64,000 bases of DNA. Origin: Poseidonia sp. GTDB taxonomy: Archaea > Thermoplasmatota > Poseidoniia > Poseidoniales > Poseidoniaceae. How positions within the stretch are numbered: position 1 is the first letter of the stretch; each line of letters starts with the position of its first letter. This document shows positions 19,485-27,038 of the stretch, in pieces. Both the position numbers and the translations under genes were made by a program. The notes beneath the pieces were generated by a model. The model ran no database searches. It was not told the origin of the DNA and was given only the letters and a program-made list of their open reading frames with translations. The stretch covers positions 160,001 to 224,000 of the forward strand of contig CBFIDD010000003.1 of assembly GCA_965661285.1 (NCBI GenBank), in the 5' to 3' direction.

Positions 19485-20575
19485 TCTTCTTCCTCCGTTG
19501 CGGGAAGGGCATCAAGCATGTCCGCCGCAAGGGTGCTTGCATCCTCAACTTGGGTGAGCAAGGTCAAATCAGAAAGCGCTCCGGGGCGCTTCAACGCCTC
19601 CATCAAGTCCAAGAGAACCTCTGCGGTCAAGCGTGTGAGCGCCAGGGCCTCGGGGTCGATGCCCACCTGCTGGGTTTCTTCGAGCAGGGAGACGTAATCG
19701 GGTTCCTCGGAGAGAATACCCTCCATCTCCGCTTCCACTTGACGGGCAATGTCCTGTGCCTGACGTTCGAGAATGTCCTCCATCGAGGAGCGCGGGCCGG
19801 ATGCAAGGGTTGGTGTTGCCCCCTCACCGAGCGTGGTACCTTTTTTGAGGTCCTTGAAGGAAGGAACGTTGGTCGATGCCTGCTGTTGCGGGGCTTTATC
19901 GCCTTGTACGACCGGTTCAGGACCGGGGGGTGGCCCAGAGCCAACCAGCCGGTTGAGAGCCAAACGCACCATCGTCGTCATGACTTCAGCGGAGAGACCG
20001 CCCTCGTCCTCGTCGGGGTGGTCCTCGCCCATCTCTTCGCGTATGGAAGCGATGAACGTGTCATCGATGTTTCCACCCTCAACCAAGCGCTGGAGCATCG
20101 GAAGGGCCCACTGACTGTCGTTCATCGCCATGCCGACTTCAAAACGCTGACCGCCCAATCCCCCGCCGCCCGAGCCAGCGGAAACATCGGCTGGCGGCGG
20201 CACGAATTGCTTGGCAGCGTGTCGCCCGATTTGGCCGATGAGTTGGTTCATGTCAACCGGCTTTCCAATCACCTCTGCCACGCCAGCCAAAGCAGCTGAC
20301 GAAAGAAATTCCGGGGCGGTGGTGCGAGAGAGGATGACGGTTCGGGTTGCAGAACGAAAGCGCGGTTGGCCGGCCAGGGATTGGCATACGTCCATCACGC
20401 TTCCTTGCCCCCATTCGCCCTCCAACAAGAGAACATCGGGAAGGACAGCACCCGCCGTCGCTTCGGTTTGGGCAAGCGTGCTCAGCCGGGTCACTTCGTA
20501 CCCCTCACGCTCGAAGGTGTTGGCCAGAAGGTTGCGTCGACCTTCGTTTTCGTCGGCGATGATGATGCTTGGCGT
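19481..20575 (-). CDS. Receiver (REC)-like domain protein with an unknown C-terminal region; probable non-canonical start
   Basis: The frame stays open upstream of the track start and reads PSIIIADENEGRRNLLANTFEREGYEV...PDVLLLEGEW...TVILS...VIGKPV, a REC fold. Confidence 0.75.
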   Translation of the reverse strand, partial: TPSIIIADENEGRRNLLANTFEREGYEVTRLSTLAQTEATAGAVLPDVLLLEGEWGQGSVMDVCQSLAGQPRFRSATRTVILSRTTAPEFLSSAALAGVAEVIGKPVDMNQLIGQIGRHAAKQFVPPPADVSAGSGGGGLGGQRFEVGMAMNDSQWALPMLQRLVEGGNIDDTFIASIREEMGEDHPDEDEGGLSAEVMTTMVRLALNRLVGSGPPPGPEPVVQGDKAPQQQASTNVPSFKDLKKGTTLGEGATPTLASGPRSSMEDILERQAQDIARQVEAEMEGILSEEPDYVSLLEETQQVGIDPEALALTRLTAEVLLDLMEALKRPGALSDLTLLTQVEDASTLAADMLDALPATEEEE

Positions 20576-20689
20576 CCTCGTCCCCTCCGTGGTGAAAGGA
20601 GGGACTCAGCGCCTTTGAATCTCACCCCGAGCGGGTCCACCATTGGCGGTGTTTTGGTCGACCAAGCGAGGGTGCGCGTGCGTGGGCGT

Positions 20690-21856
20690 TCACTCTACGT
20701 CGCTCGGCACTGCGGCCGCCCAACCCATGATGCCGCCGTCAAGGTTGTACAGGTGGTCGGCCTTCCAACCCGCTTGAATCAAGGTCATGGCCGCCAGTTG
20801 AGAGCGCATGCCGCTCTTGCAATGGATGAGAATATCGGTTTTTTTGGGAAGCCGCTCAAGAACGGACAACACGTCGGTGTGGGGCACGTGGACGTCACAG
20901 CTCTTGGCGCGTAACTCTGCATATTCTGCATCCGAACGAACATCAAGGATGAACGGCGCCCAACCGTTTTCTCGCCGGTCAAGGAAATCTGCAACGGAGA
21001 CATGGTGAAACATTACTTCGGCTGAGGGGGCCTCGGATTTTTGTTCTTGCGGCGCTCTTTCGACGGCTGTAGAGACCGTGCACCATGCTTCTTCGCTCAA
21101 CATGGCGGCTGCGTTGGAGAGGTCAACCACCGGCTCCCGGTCATTATCGGCGCTGAAATTGAGCGTGTCGAAGGCCATGGATTGTGCGTCATACAGCAGC
21201 AGTTTTCCGCTAAGGGAGACCGGCATATCGGTCAGGAGTTTGATGGCCTCGGTGGCCTGGAGCAGACCGATCACACCGGGAAGCACACCGAACACACCCG
21301 CCTCGGCGCAGGTCGGGACGGCTTCGGGTGGCGGAGGGTCGGGGAACAAATCTCGATAACACGGACCGCCGTTGTGGTTGAACAGCGAGACTTGGCCCTC
21401 GAAGCGAAACACGGAACCGTAGACCCACGGAAGACCGAGCAAAGAGCACGCATCGTCGATGAGGTAGCGGGTGGGAAGGTTATCGGTGCCGTCGATAACG
21501 AGGTCCCAACCCTCCATGATGTCCATGGCGTTGTTGGGATTGAGACGCTCGTGGAACACCTCAACGCTCACGTTCGGGTCCAGAGCGTGGAGGCGCGCCT
21601 TCGCAGAAGCCACCTTGGGTTGACCGACATCGGGCGTGGCGTGCAAGATTTGACGCTGAAGATTGCTCACATCAACGGTGTCGTTGTCCACCAACCCCAA
21701 ACGACCGACCCCTGCGGCGGCCAGATACAACGCTGCGGGGGAGCCCAGTCCACCCGCCCCGATGATCAGGACACTCGCTTGATTCAACTTCCGCTGGCCT
21801 TCAACCCCAACATTGGGCAGGCTGATATGACGAGCATGCCGTGTGACATCAACCAT
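20690..21856 (-). CDS. moeB: MoeB/ThiF-family E1-like adenylyltransferase fused to a rhodanese domain (MoeZ/UbaA-like)
   Basis: IGAGGLG, SNLQRQ, CYR...PTCAEAGV; rhodanese loop HCKSGMRS. Confidence 0.93.
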   Translation of the reverse strand: MVDVTRHARHISLPNVGVEGQRKLNQASVLIIGAGGLGSPAALYLAAAGVGRLGLVDNDTVDVSNLQRQILHATPDVGQPKVASAKARLHALDPNVSVEVFHERLNPNNAMDIMEGWDLVIDGTDNLPTRYLIDDACSLLGLPWVYGSVFRFEGQVSLFNHNGGPCYRDLFPDPPPPEAVPTCAEAGVFGVLPGVIGLLQATEAIKLLTDMPVSLSGKLLLYDAQSMAFDTLNFSADNDREPVVDLSNAAAMLSEEAWCTVSTAVERAPQEQKSEAPSAEVMFHHVSVADFLDRRENGWAPFILDVRSDAEYAELRAKSCDVHVPHTDVLSVLERLPKKTDILIHCKSGMRSQLAAMTLIQAGWKADHLYNLDGGIMGWAAAVPSDVE

Positions 21857-21895
21857 GCACCGGCCAAACCGCCGGTCCTCATCAAGGAAACGGCT

Positions 21896-22825
21896 TCAAT
21901 GGACGTTCTCTTCAAGCCACTTTTCAACGTCCATGGCCGCAGAACACCCCATCCCAGCGGCGGTGATGGCCTGCTTGTAGCGCGTGTCAACCACGTCGCC
22001 CGCTGCAAAGACACCGGGAACCGAGGTCATCGTGTGCTCTTTGTGAAGGATGTAGCCGTTCTCATCGGTCTCCACCTGACCCCCGAGGAAATCGGTGATG
22101 GGTGTGTGTCCGATGGCGATGAAGGCACCGGTGGCTTCGATGGTTTCGGTGCTGCCGTCTTGCGTGTTTTCGAGCACGGCGCCGGTCAGGCCTTTGTCGT
22201 CGGACAGCCATTCCTTAATTTGGCGGAAGGTGCGAATCTCAATTTTCGGGTTGTTGGCCGCTCGCTCGTACATGATGGTCGAGGCTTTGAACACATCACG
22301 GCGGTGGATGAGCGTGACCTTGCTTGCAAATCGGGTCAGGAAGGTCGCTTCCTCACAAGCGGAATCACCGCCGCCGATGACCAGCACGTGTTCGTTGCGG
22401 AAGAACGCCCCGTCGCAGGTCGCACAGGTGGAAATGCCTCGTCCCTTTTGCTCGGCCTCACCGGGCGCATCAAGCCACAACGATTCAGCACCGGTGCAGA
22501 CGATGATGGAATGCGCGCGGAAGGTCTCGCCTTCGACCGTAACCTTGTACGGTCGCTCGCTGAGGTCCACTTCGTCGACGTTTTTGTCCTCAACATCCAA
22601 ACCAAAGCGCTCGGCTTGTTCGCGGAGTTGCATCATCATCTCGGGCCCGGCAATGCCTTCGGGGTAGCCGGGGAAATTTTCGATGTCGCTGGTGAGCATC
22701 AACTGGCCTCCCGACATGTAGCCGGCGAACATGAGCGGGTTGAGCATGGCTCGTCCAGCGTAGAGTCCAGCGGTGTAGCCTGCAGGTCCGGAACCGATGA
22801 TGATGACGTTTCGTACTTCGGACAT
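21896..22825 (-). CDS. trxB: Thioredoxin-disulfide reductase
   Basis: IIGSGPAG, CATCDG, GGGDSA, FAAGD, QAITAAG. Confidence 0.97.
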   Translation of the reverse strand: MSEVRNVIIIGSGPAGYTAGLYAGRAMLNPLMFAGYMSGGQLMLTSDIENFPGYPEGIAGPEMMMQLREQAERFGLDVEDKNVDEVDLSERPYKVTVEGETFRAHSIIVCTGAESLWLDAPGEAEQKGRGISTCATCDGAFFRNEHVLVIGGGDSACEEATFLTRFASKVTLIHRRDVFKASTIMYERAANNPKIEIRTFRQIKEWLSDDKGLTGAVLENTQDGSTETIEATGAFIAIGHTPITDFLGGQVETDENGYILHKEHTMTSVPGVFAAGDVVDTRYKQAITAAGMGCSAAMDVEKWLEENVH

Positions 22826-22928
22826 GTGACTCTCCAAGCATCGGTGAAGAGCGGTGGTGTTTGAAGATTCGCCCGAAAGCCCCTTGGAGAGCAAAAAGGT
22901 AGAGATACCCTGCGAGGATGCCCCCGTT

Positions 22929-23126
22929 ATGGTCAATCAACTCGCTGCGGCTGCCGGCATGGGCGTTTACGTGCCTCTGGTGCTCTGAGCCACCAAACTC
23001 CCGTACACGATGATGGTCAACCGCGGCATGGCGCACATTCGAGCCGTCGACGACAACCGAAAAATCGTCCACATGTTCGCCGGCGGTGTAGGCTCACTCG
23101 GCGTGCCCTTCGGTCCGCTCCTCTAG
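22929..23126 (+). pseudogene. Probable remnant of an archaeal dolichol/phytol-kinase-like membrane protein gene
   Basis: Translates as MVNQLAAAAGMGVYVPLVL*ATKLPYTMMVNRGMAHIRAVDDNRKIVHMFAGGVGSLGVPFGPLL*, with an in-frame TGA at 22986-22988; RKIVHMFAGG resembles the family RKxxH motif. Confidence 0.55.
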
Positions 23127-23143
23127 CGGGAGCCCGAAGGCGT

Positions 23144-23488
23144 TCACTGGCCGATGAGCTTGTAGTCGTCGCTGAGCGGCGTTGCACCGGTCTCGACATG
23201 GACGATCTTGCCGTCTTGGTAGCGGTAGAAGGCCAGCACGGCCTCAGAGTCCGAGCCGTTGGCAAAGTGTGCGATGGAGTGGGCGACGCCAACTTCATCG
23301 TTCTCGAACAAGATGCGGTGGGCTTCGCTGCGAACCATATCGGTGCCTGCGAAGGCCATGATGTCGCTCTTGGTCATGACGGCCCCGCCGACGTGGGGGT
23401 AAAACTTGCAGTCGTCGTGAATGACAGCGTCAAGCAATTCTTTGTCTCCGGATGTAAAGGCTTCTTCGTATTTGGCTAGGATGCTCAT
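23144..23488 (-). CDS. NTF2/SnoaL-like fold protein
   Basis: 114 aa; pattern YEEAF..GD..LLD..IHDD, with terminal DGKIVHVETGATP. Confidence 0.75.
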   Translation of the reverse strand: MSILAKYEEAFTSGDKELLDAVIHDDCKFYPHVGGAVMTKSDIMAFAGTDMVRSEAHRILFENDEVGVAHSIAHFANGSDSEAVLAFYRYQDGKIVHVETGATPLSDDYKLIGQ

Positions 23489-23589
23489 GGTTCGTGGCTA
23501 GGCCGGAACCACATAATGACTTCCTCTGTTGTCTATGGAGAACGGAGGTGAAGGGAAACCTTTGAATCCCGTTTCCCAAAGTTGATTTC

Positions 23590-24582
23590 ATGAGGGTGCA
23601 CTGCCTTGGTGGCGGCTTGGTCGGCTCTTTTGTGACCCGAAAACTGTACGAAGCAGGGTTTGAGGTCCACCTGTTCGACATTGAACCGCGCGAAACACCC
23701 GCCACCTTCCATTTGGGTGATGCTGCATCCGCCGACCACAGCGGTGCGGACATCATCGTCAACATGGTCCCCGGCGACATTGGCCACGCCGTCTTGCAAG
23801 CCCTCCAACCTCACGGCCATCGCATCGTTGACCTTTCGTTCAGCGAAACCACCCCCGACCGCCTGCCCGAAGGGGCCAGCACCGTCCTGTGGGACGTTGG
23901 CATCGCTCCTGGGCTCTCCAACATGCTCGTCGCGTTGGCTCATCGAGAACTCGGCGCCCTCGACAGCGTGAGCATCAAGGTGGGCGGCAACCCTTCCCGT
24001 CCCGACGATGCCTGGTCGTACATGGCACCCTTTTCACCGCACGACGTCATCGCCGAGTACACGCGCCCCGTACGGGTTGTTCGAGACGGCACCGTCGTCA
24101 CCCTGCCCGCCATGTCAGAACTTCACAGCATCGATGCCAACGGCAGAGCCATGGAAGCCTTCCTGACCGACGGGTTGCGCTCGCTCATCAATGTGCCAGC
24201 CAGCACCATGGGTGAATACACCGTCCGTTGGCCCGGACACATCCAACGCTACCAATCCACCGACCTCGGACCCGAAAATCTTGTCGAAGCCTGGCGTTTT
24301 GACCCCACGCGCCCCGAGTTTACCTGGATGGAGGTGCGGGTTGAAGGCGGCGGCAAGACCCGTGTCTGGACGGTAGAGGATAACGGAAAGGACGGGGATT
24401 CGAGCATGGCAAGGACGACGGGCCTGGTGACCTATGCCTGCGTGGTCGCTTGGAGCCAGCACGAACTGTTCACAGAGGGCATCCATCCTCCCGAGGACCT
24501 CCCCTCTGAGGTCATTCACGACGTGATTCAAACGCTTGAGGACGAAGGCGTACGTATCGAGCATCAAACGGGGCATGAGTGA
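23590..24582 (+). CDS. Saccharopine dehydrogenase family (lysine 6-dehydrogenase-like) protein
   Basis: GGGLVG Rossmann motif, DVGIAPGLSN, EAFLTDGLRSL, SSMARTTG. Confidence 0.9.
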   Translation: MRVHCLGGGLVGSFVTRKLYEAGFEVHLFDIEPRETPATFHLGDAASADHSGADIIVNMVPGDIGHAVLQALQPHGHRIVDLSFSETTPDRLPEGASTVLWDVGIAPGLSNMLVALAHRELGALDSVSIKVGGNPSRPDDAWSYMAPFSPHDVIAEYTRPVRVVRDGTVVTLPAMSELHSIDANGRAMEAFLTDGLRSLINVPASTMGEYTVRWPGHIQRYQSTDLGPENLVEAWRFDPTRPEFTWMEVRVEGGGKTRVWTVEDNGKDGDSSMARTTGLVTYACVVAWSQHELFTEGIHPPEDLPSEVIHDVIQTLEDEGVRIEHQTGHE

Positions 24583-24644
24583 AGGTCGGCGAGGGATGAT
24601 TTAGAAGCGGGAACAAATAAGAACTAAACCATTAACCCCGGCCC

Positions 24645-25187
24645 ATGAAGGGCATTGTTTTCCGAGAGTTCATGGAGATGGTTGAGTCCACGTTTGGCGA
24701 TGAAATGACGGAAAAATTGGTTCAAGACAACGACCTGGTAAGCGGCGGAGTCTACACCGCCGTTGGGACGTACGACCACCAAGAACTCGTGGCGATGGCC
24801 ATCACACTCTCAAAAGAGACCGACTTACCCGTGGAGGCTCTTGTCGAGGCGTTTGGAAACTATTTGTTCGGGCGTTTCTTGGAGTTGTTCCCTGTGTTCT
24901 TTGATCACAAAACCTCATTTGAATTCCTCGACACCATCCATGATGTGGTTCACGTTGAAGTTTTGAAGCTTTACCCCGAAGCAACCCTTCCCGATTTCGT
25001 CAGTGAAATCAAAGACGACGGAAGAACCCTGCACTTTGAGTATCACAGCCCGAGGCATTTCGCCGATTTAGCAGTTGGACTGATGAAAGGCGCGTTTGAC
25101 CACTGGAACGAAACGGTGGAGATGACACGGGAAGACAAGGTCGTTGATGGAAATCAAGTCACCTTGTTCATCTGCACGTTGGTCTGA
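24645..25187 (+). CDS. H-NOX (heme NO-binding, HNOB) domain protein
   Basis: N-terminus MKGIVF, YTAVGTYD, proximal-His segment HVEVLKLYP, YxSxR signature YHSPR. Confidence 0.93.
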   Translation: MKGIVFREFMEMVESTFGDEMTEKLVQDNDLVSGGVYTAVGTYDHQELVAMAITLSKETDLPVEALVEAFGNYLFGRFLELFPVFFDHKTSFEFLDTIHDVVHVEVLKLYPEATLPDFVSEIKDDGRTLHFEYHSPRHFADLAVGLMKGAFDHWNETVEMTREDKVVDGNQVTLFICTLV

Positions 25188-25202
25188 TGACGAGGACTCG
25201 CG

Positions 25203-25829
25203 ATGGATTTCAAAGAACTGGCAAAAATCGCCGCTGCAAGAAAAAAAGCATCAACCTCTACGCCCGAAGAGGAGATTCAACGCCTCAAGAAGACCGTTGA
25301 GCGGGAAAAAGCAGCACGGCGACAAGCTGAGGAAACCATTGAGGAGAGTTCGCGCCGTTTGTACCTGGCCAACCAAGAAGCCGCTGCATTGAACAAGGAA
25401 CTGGAATCAACCCTTCAAGACCTCAACGAGACACTGGGGGCCCTCACCAGTGCGAAAGCAAAACGAATTGCGACGTTCATCACATTGGTGCTGGCAACCT
25501 TTCTGTTCTTTCTCACCGAGTTTGCACTCGAGCCAATTCTTGAAGAAAAAATAGAGAGTAGTTTCTTCCTTATTCTCGCCAAGGGTATGATTTTTGCGAC
25601 GCTCATTCCTGTTGAGATCATTGGCTCACGTCTCGCAGAGCGAAATCTTACCGAGTCAGGCAAAATCAACGAATCGATTTACAGGGATTTACTCCTCGCT
25701 GCCTATGAGGATGGCATCATCACAGAAATGGAACGCACATTGCTCAATTCATCTGCTCGACAACTCGGTATCAACAAAACACAAGCAAAACGGATTGAAC
25801 AAGAACTTGCTGATGGGCAAGCGCAATGA
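25203..25829 (+). CDS. H-NOX-associated coiled-coil membrane protein with TerB-like C-terminus
   Basis: N-terminal EREKAARRQAEETIEESSRRLYLANQ helix, two TM helices, C-terminal AYEDGIITEMERTLL...LGI. Confidence 0.75.
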   Translation: MDFKELAKIAAARKKASTSTPEEEIQRLKKTVEREKAARRQAEETIEESSRRLYLANQEAAALNKELESTLQDLNETLGALTSAKAKRIATFITLVLATFLFFLTEFALEPILEEKIESSFFLILAKGMIFATLIPVEIIGSRLAERNLTESGKINESIYRDLLLAAYEDGIITEMERTLLNSSARQLGINKTQAKRIEQELADGQAQ

Positions 25830-26092
25830 TGGGACGAAGGCGACCACATCCACCTGACTTCAAAGCGGGAGGCTCGTGCCGTGGTCACAGAAGGCAACTC
25901 TTGAGGCATTAATCCGAAGAGGACGGAAAAATCTTCATGATAATTCCGTGAGAGAGAACAGCCATTCCTGCCTCGGCATCGGACGACATTCTGTCCAAGT
26001 CCAGGCTGCTCAGGCAACGCATCGAGGCGCGAAACAACCCTCCACCACCGCATGCCGCACCTCGCAAGACAGCATCCCCCCATCGGGACGAA

Positions 26093-26356
26093 ATGGTGGT
26101 GGTGGTTGCTGAGAAACCAAAGCGAAGCCCATTCCTAACCCTCGCTTATGCGACGGTCGCGTTGATCGTGTTCAATCTCCCGTATTTTCTGTATCAAGCC
26201 AACGCTGAACCAGACGTCAACTATCCGTTTGCTGGATTTGATGAAGCCATCATCACGCTGATTTGCTTCGTCCCCCTGATGATCGTCTCGGTGGTTTTTT
26301 GGTGGTCTGCAGTCCTTCATATCATCATTCAACTGGTCAGCCGTGCACGCCGTTGA
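26093..26356 (+). CDS. Small membrane protein (2 TM)
   Basis: 87 aa with two hydrophobic segments; exact start uncertain. Confidence 0.55.
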   Translation: MVVVVAEKPKRSPFLTLAYATVALIVFNLPYFLYQANAEPDVNYPFAGFDEAIITLICFVPLMIVSVVFWWSAVLHIIIQLVSRARR

Positions 26357-26614
26357 CTCTGATGTCTACGTGTTCAACGGTAGGGTTGTGAAGGGCCCAC
26401 TGAGAGCCTTTGTAAACGGGTAAATTGTACATATGGGTGTTTCGTTCTTGTGGGCGAGCACCTTGAGTCGGAGGAATTCAAGCGCTGCATGAAGAGAGAG
26501 AAGCAGTGGGTTGAGGGAAATACTGTGGTGGGTTTTCCTTGAGATGCGATGAATGTGATAAATCTCCCGTGCGTCGGAAGAACAGATATAAACAAGAAAT
26601 GAGAAGTACGTCTC

Positions 26615-26878
26615 ATGTTCTCAAGCTTAATTCTTATTTTTGAGGAATATCCGGCGCTTTTGACCATCCTTTCTGGGATGGTGATTCTCGGAGCGATCGG
26701 GTTCGTTCTGATGATGGCCTTTAACATCAAATCCTTCCTGACTTACCGAAAACGGAAAGCCGATGACAAAAATGAAGAAGTGGAAAAGGAGCATTCAACA
26801 CTCTTTTGGGCCGTTGATGGGTTTTTCACATTCGCCTTATCTTTGGACTTCCTGTCGATTTTTCTCATTTTAATTTAG
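26615..26878 (+). CDS. Small membrane protein in an AT-rich segment
   Basis: 87 aa, TM-charged loop-TM layout; TATAAA about 25 bp upstream. Confidence 0.6.
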   Translation: MFSSLILIFEEYPALLTILSGMVILGAIGFVLMMAFNIKSFLTYRKRKADDKNEEVEKEHSTLFWAVDGFFTFALSLDFLSIFLILI

Positions 26879-27038
26879 AATACGACCCACTGCAAACCGT
26901 TGTGAACGTCATATCTGTGCACAAGGGCAACCCTCGTAGCCGTATACATCTACAACCGTACCCTAGAGTACACCCCCATACACAAGGGCCTCCCTCGTGG
27001 AGGCTGAGTTTCGATTCGGGTTCAGGGATGATGCACCG

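Noticed and set aside
21041-22864. 607-aa plus-strand ORF and other long antisense ORFs (e.g. 42086-43390, 17272-18261, 15700-16641)
   Set aside because: Shadow frames opposite well-supported genes in GC-rich DNA, with no recognisable motifs.
22986-22988. In-frame TGA as selenocysteine or recoding
   Set aside because: It lies in a hydrophobic, non-redox context and the frame ends 45 codons later. TGA is a normal stop throughout the window, so decay is the simpler explanation.
25830-25904. In-frame continuation after the stop of the H-NOX partner
   Set aside because: Only 24 codons with no kinase or cyclase motif; no evidence of read-through or a broken output domain.
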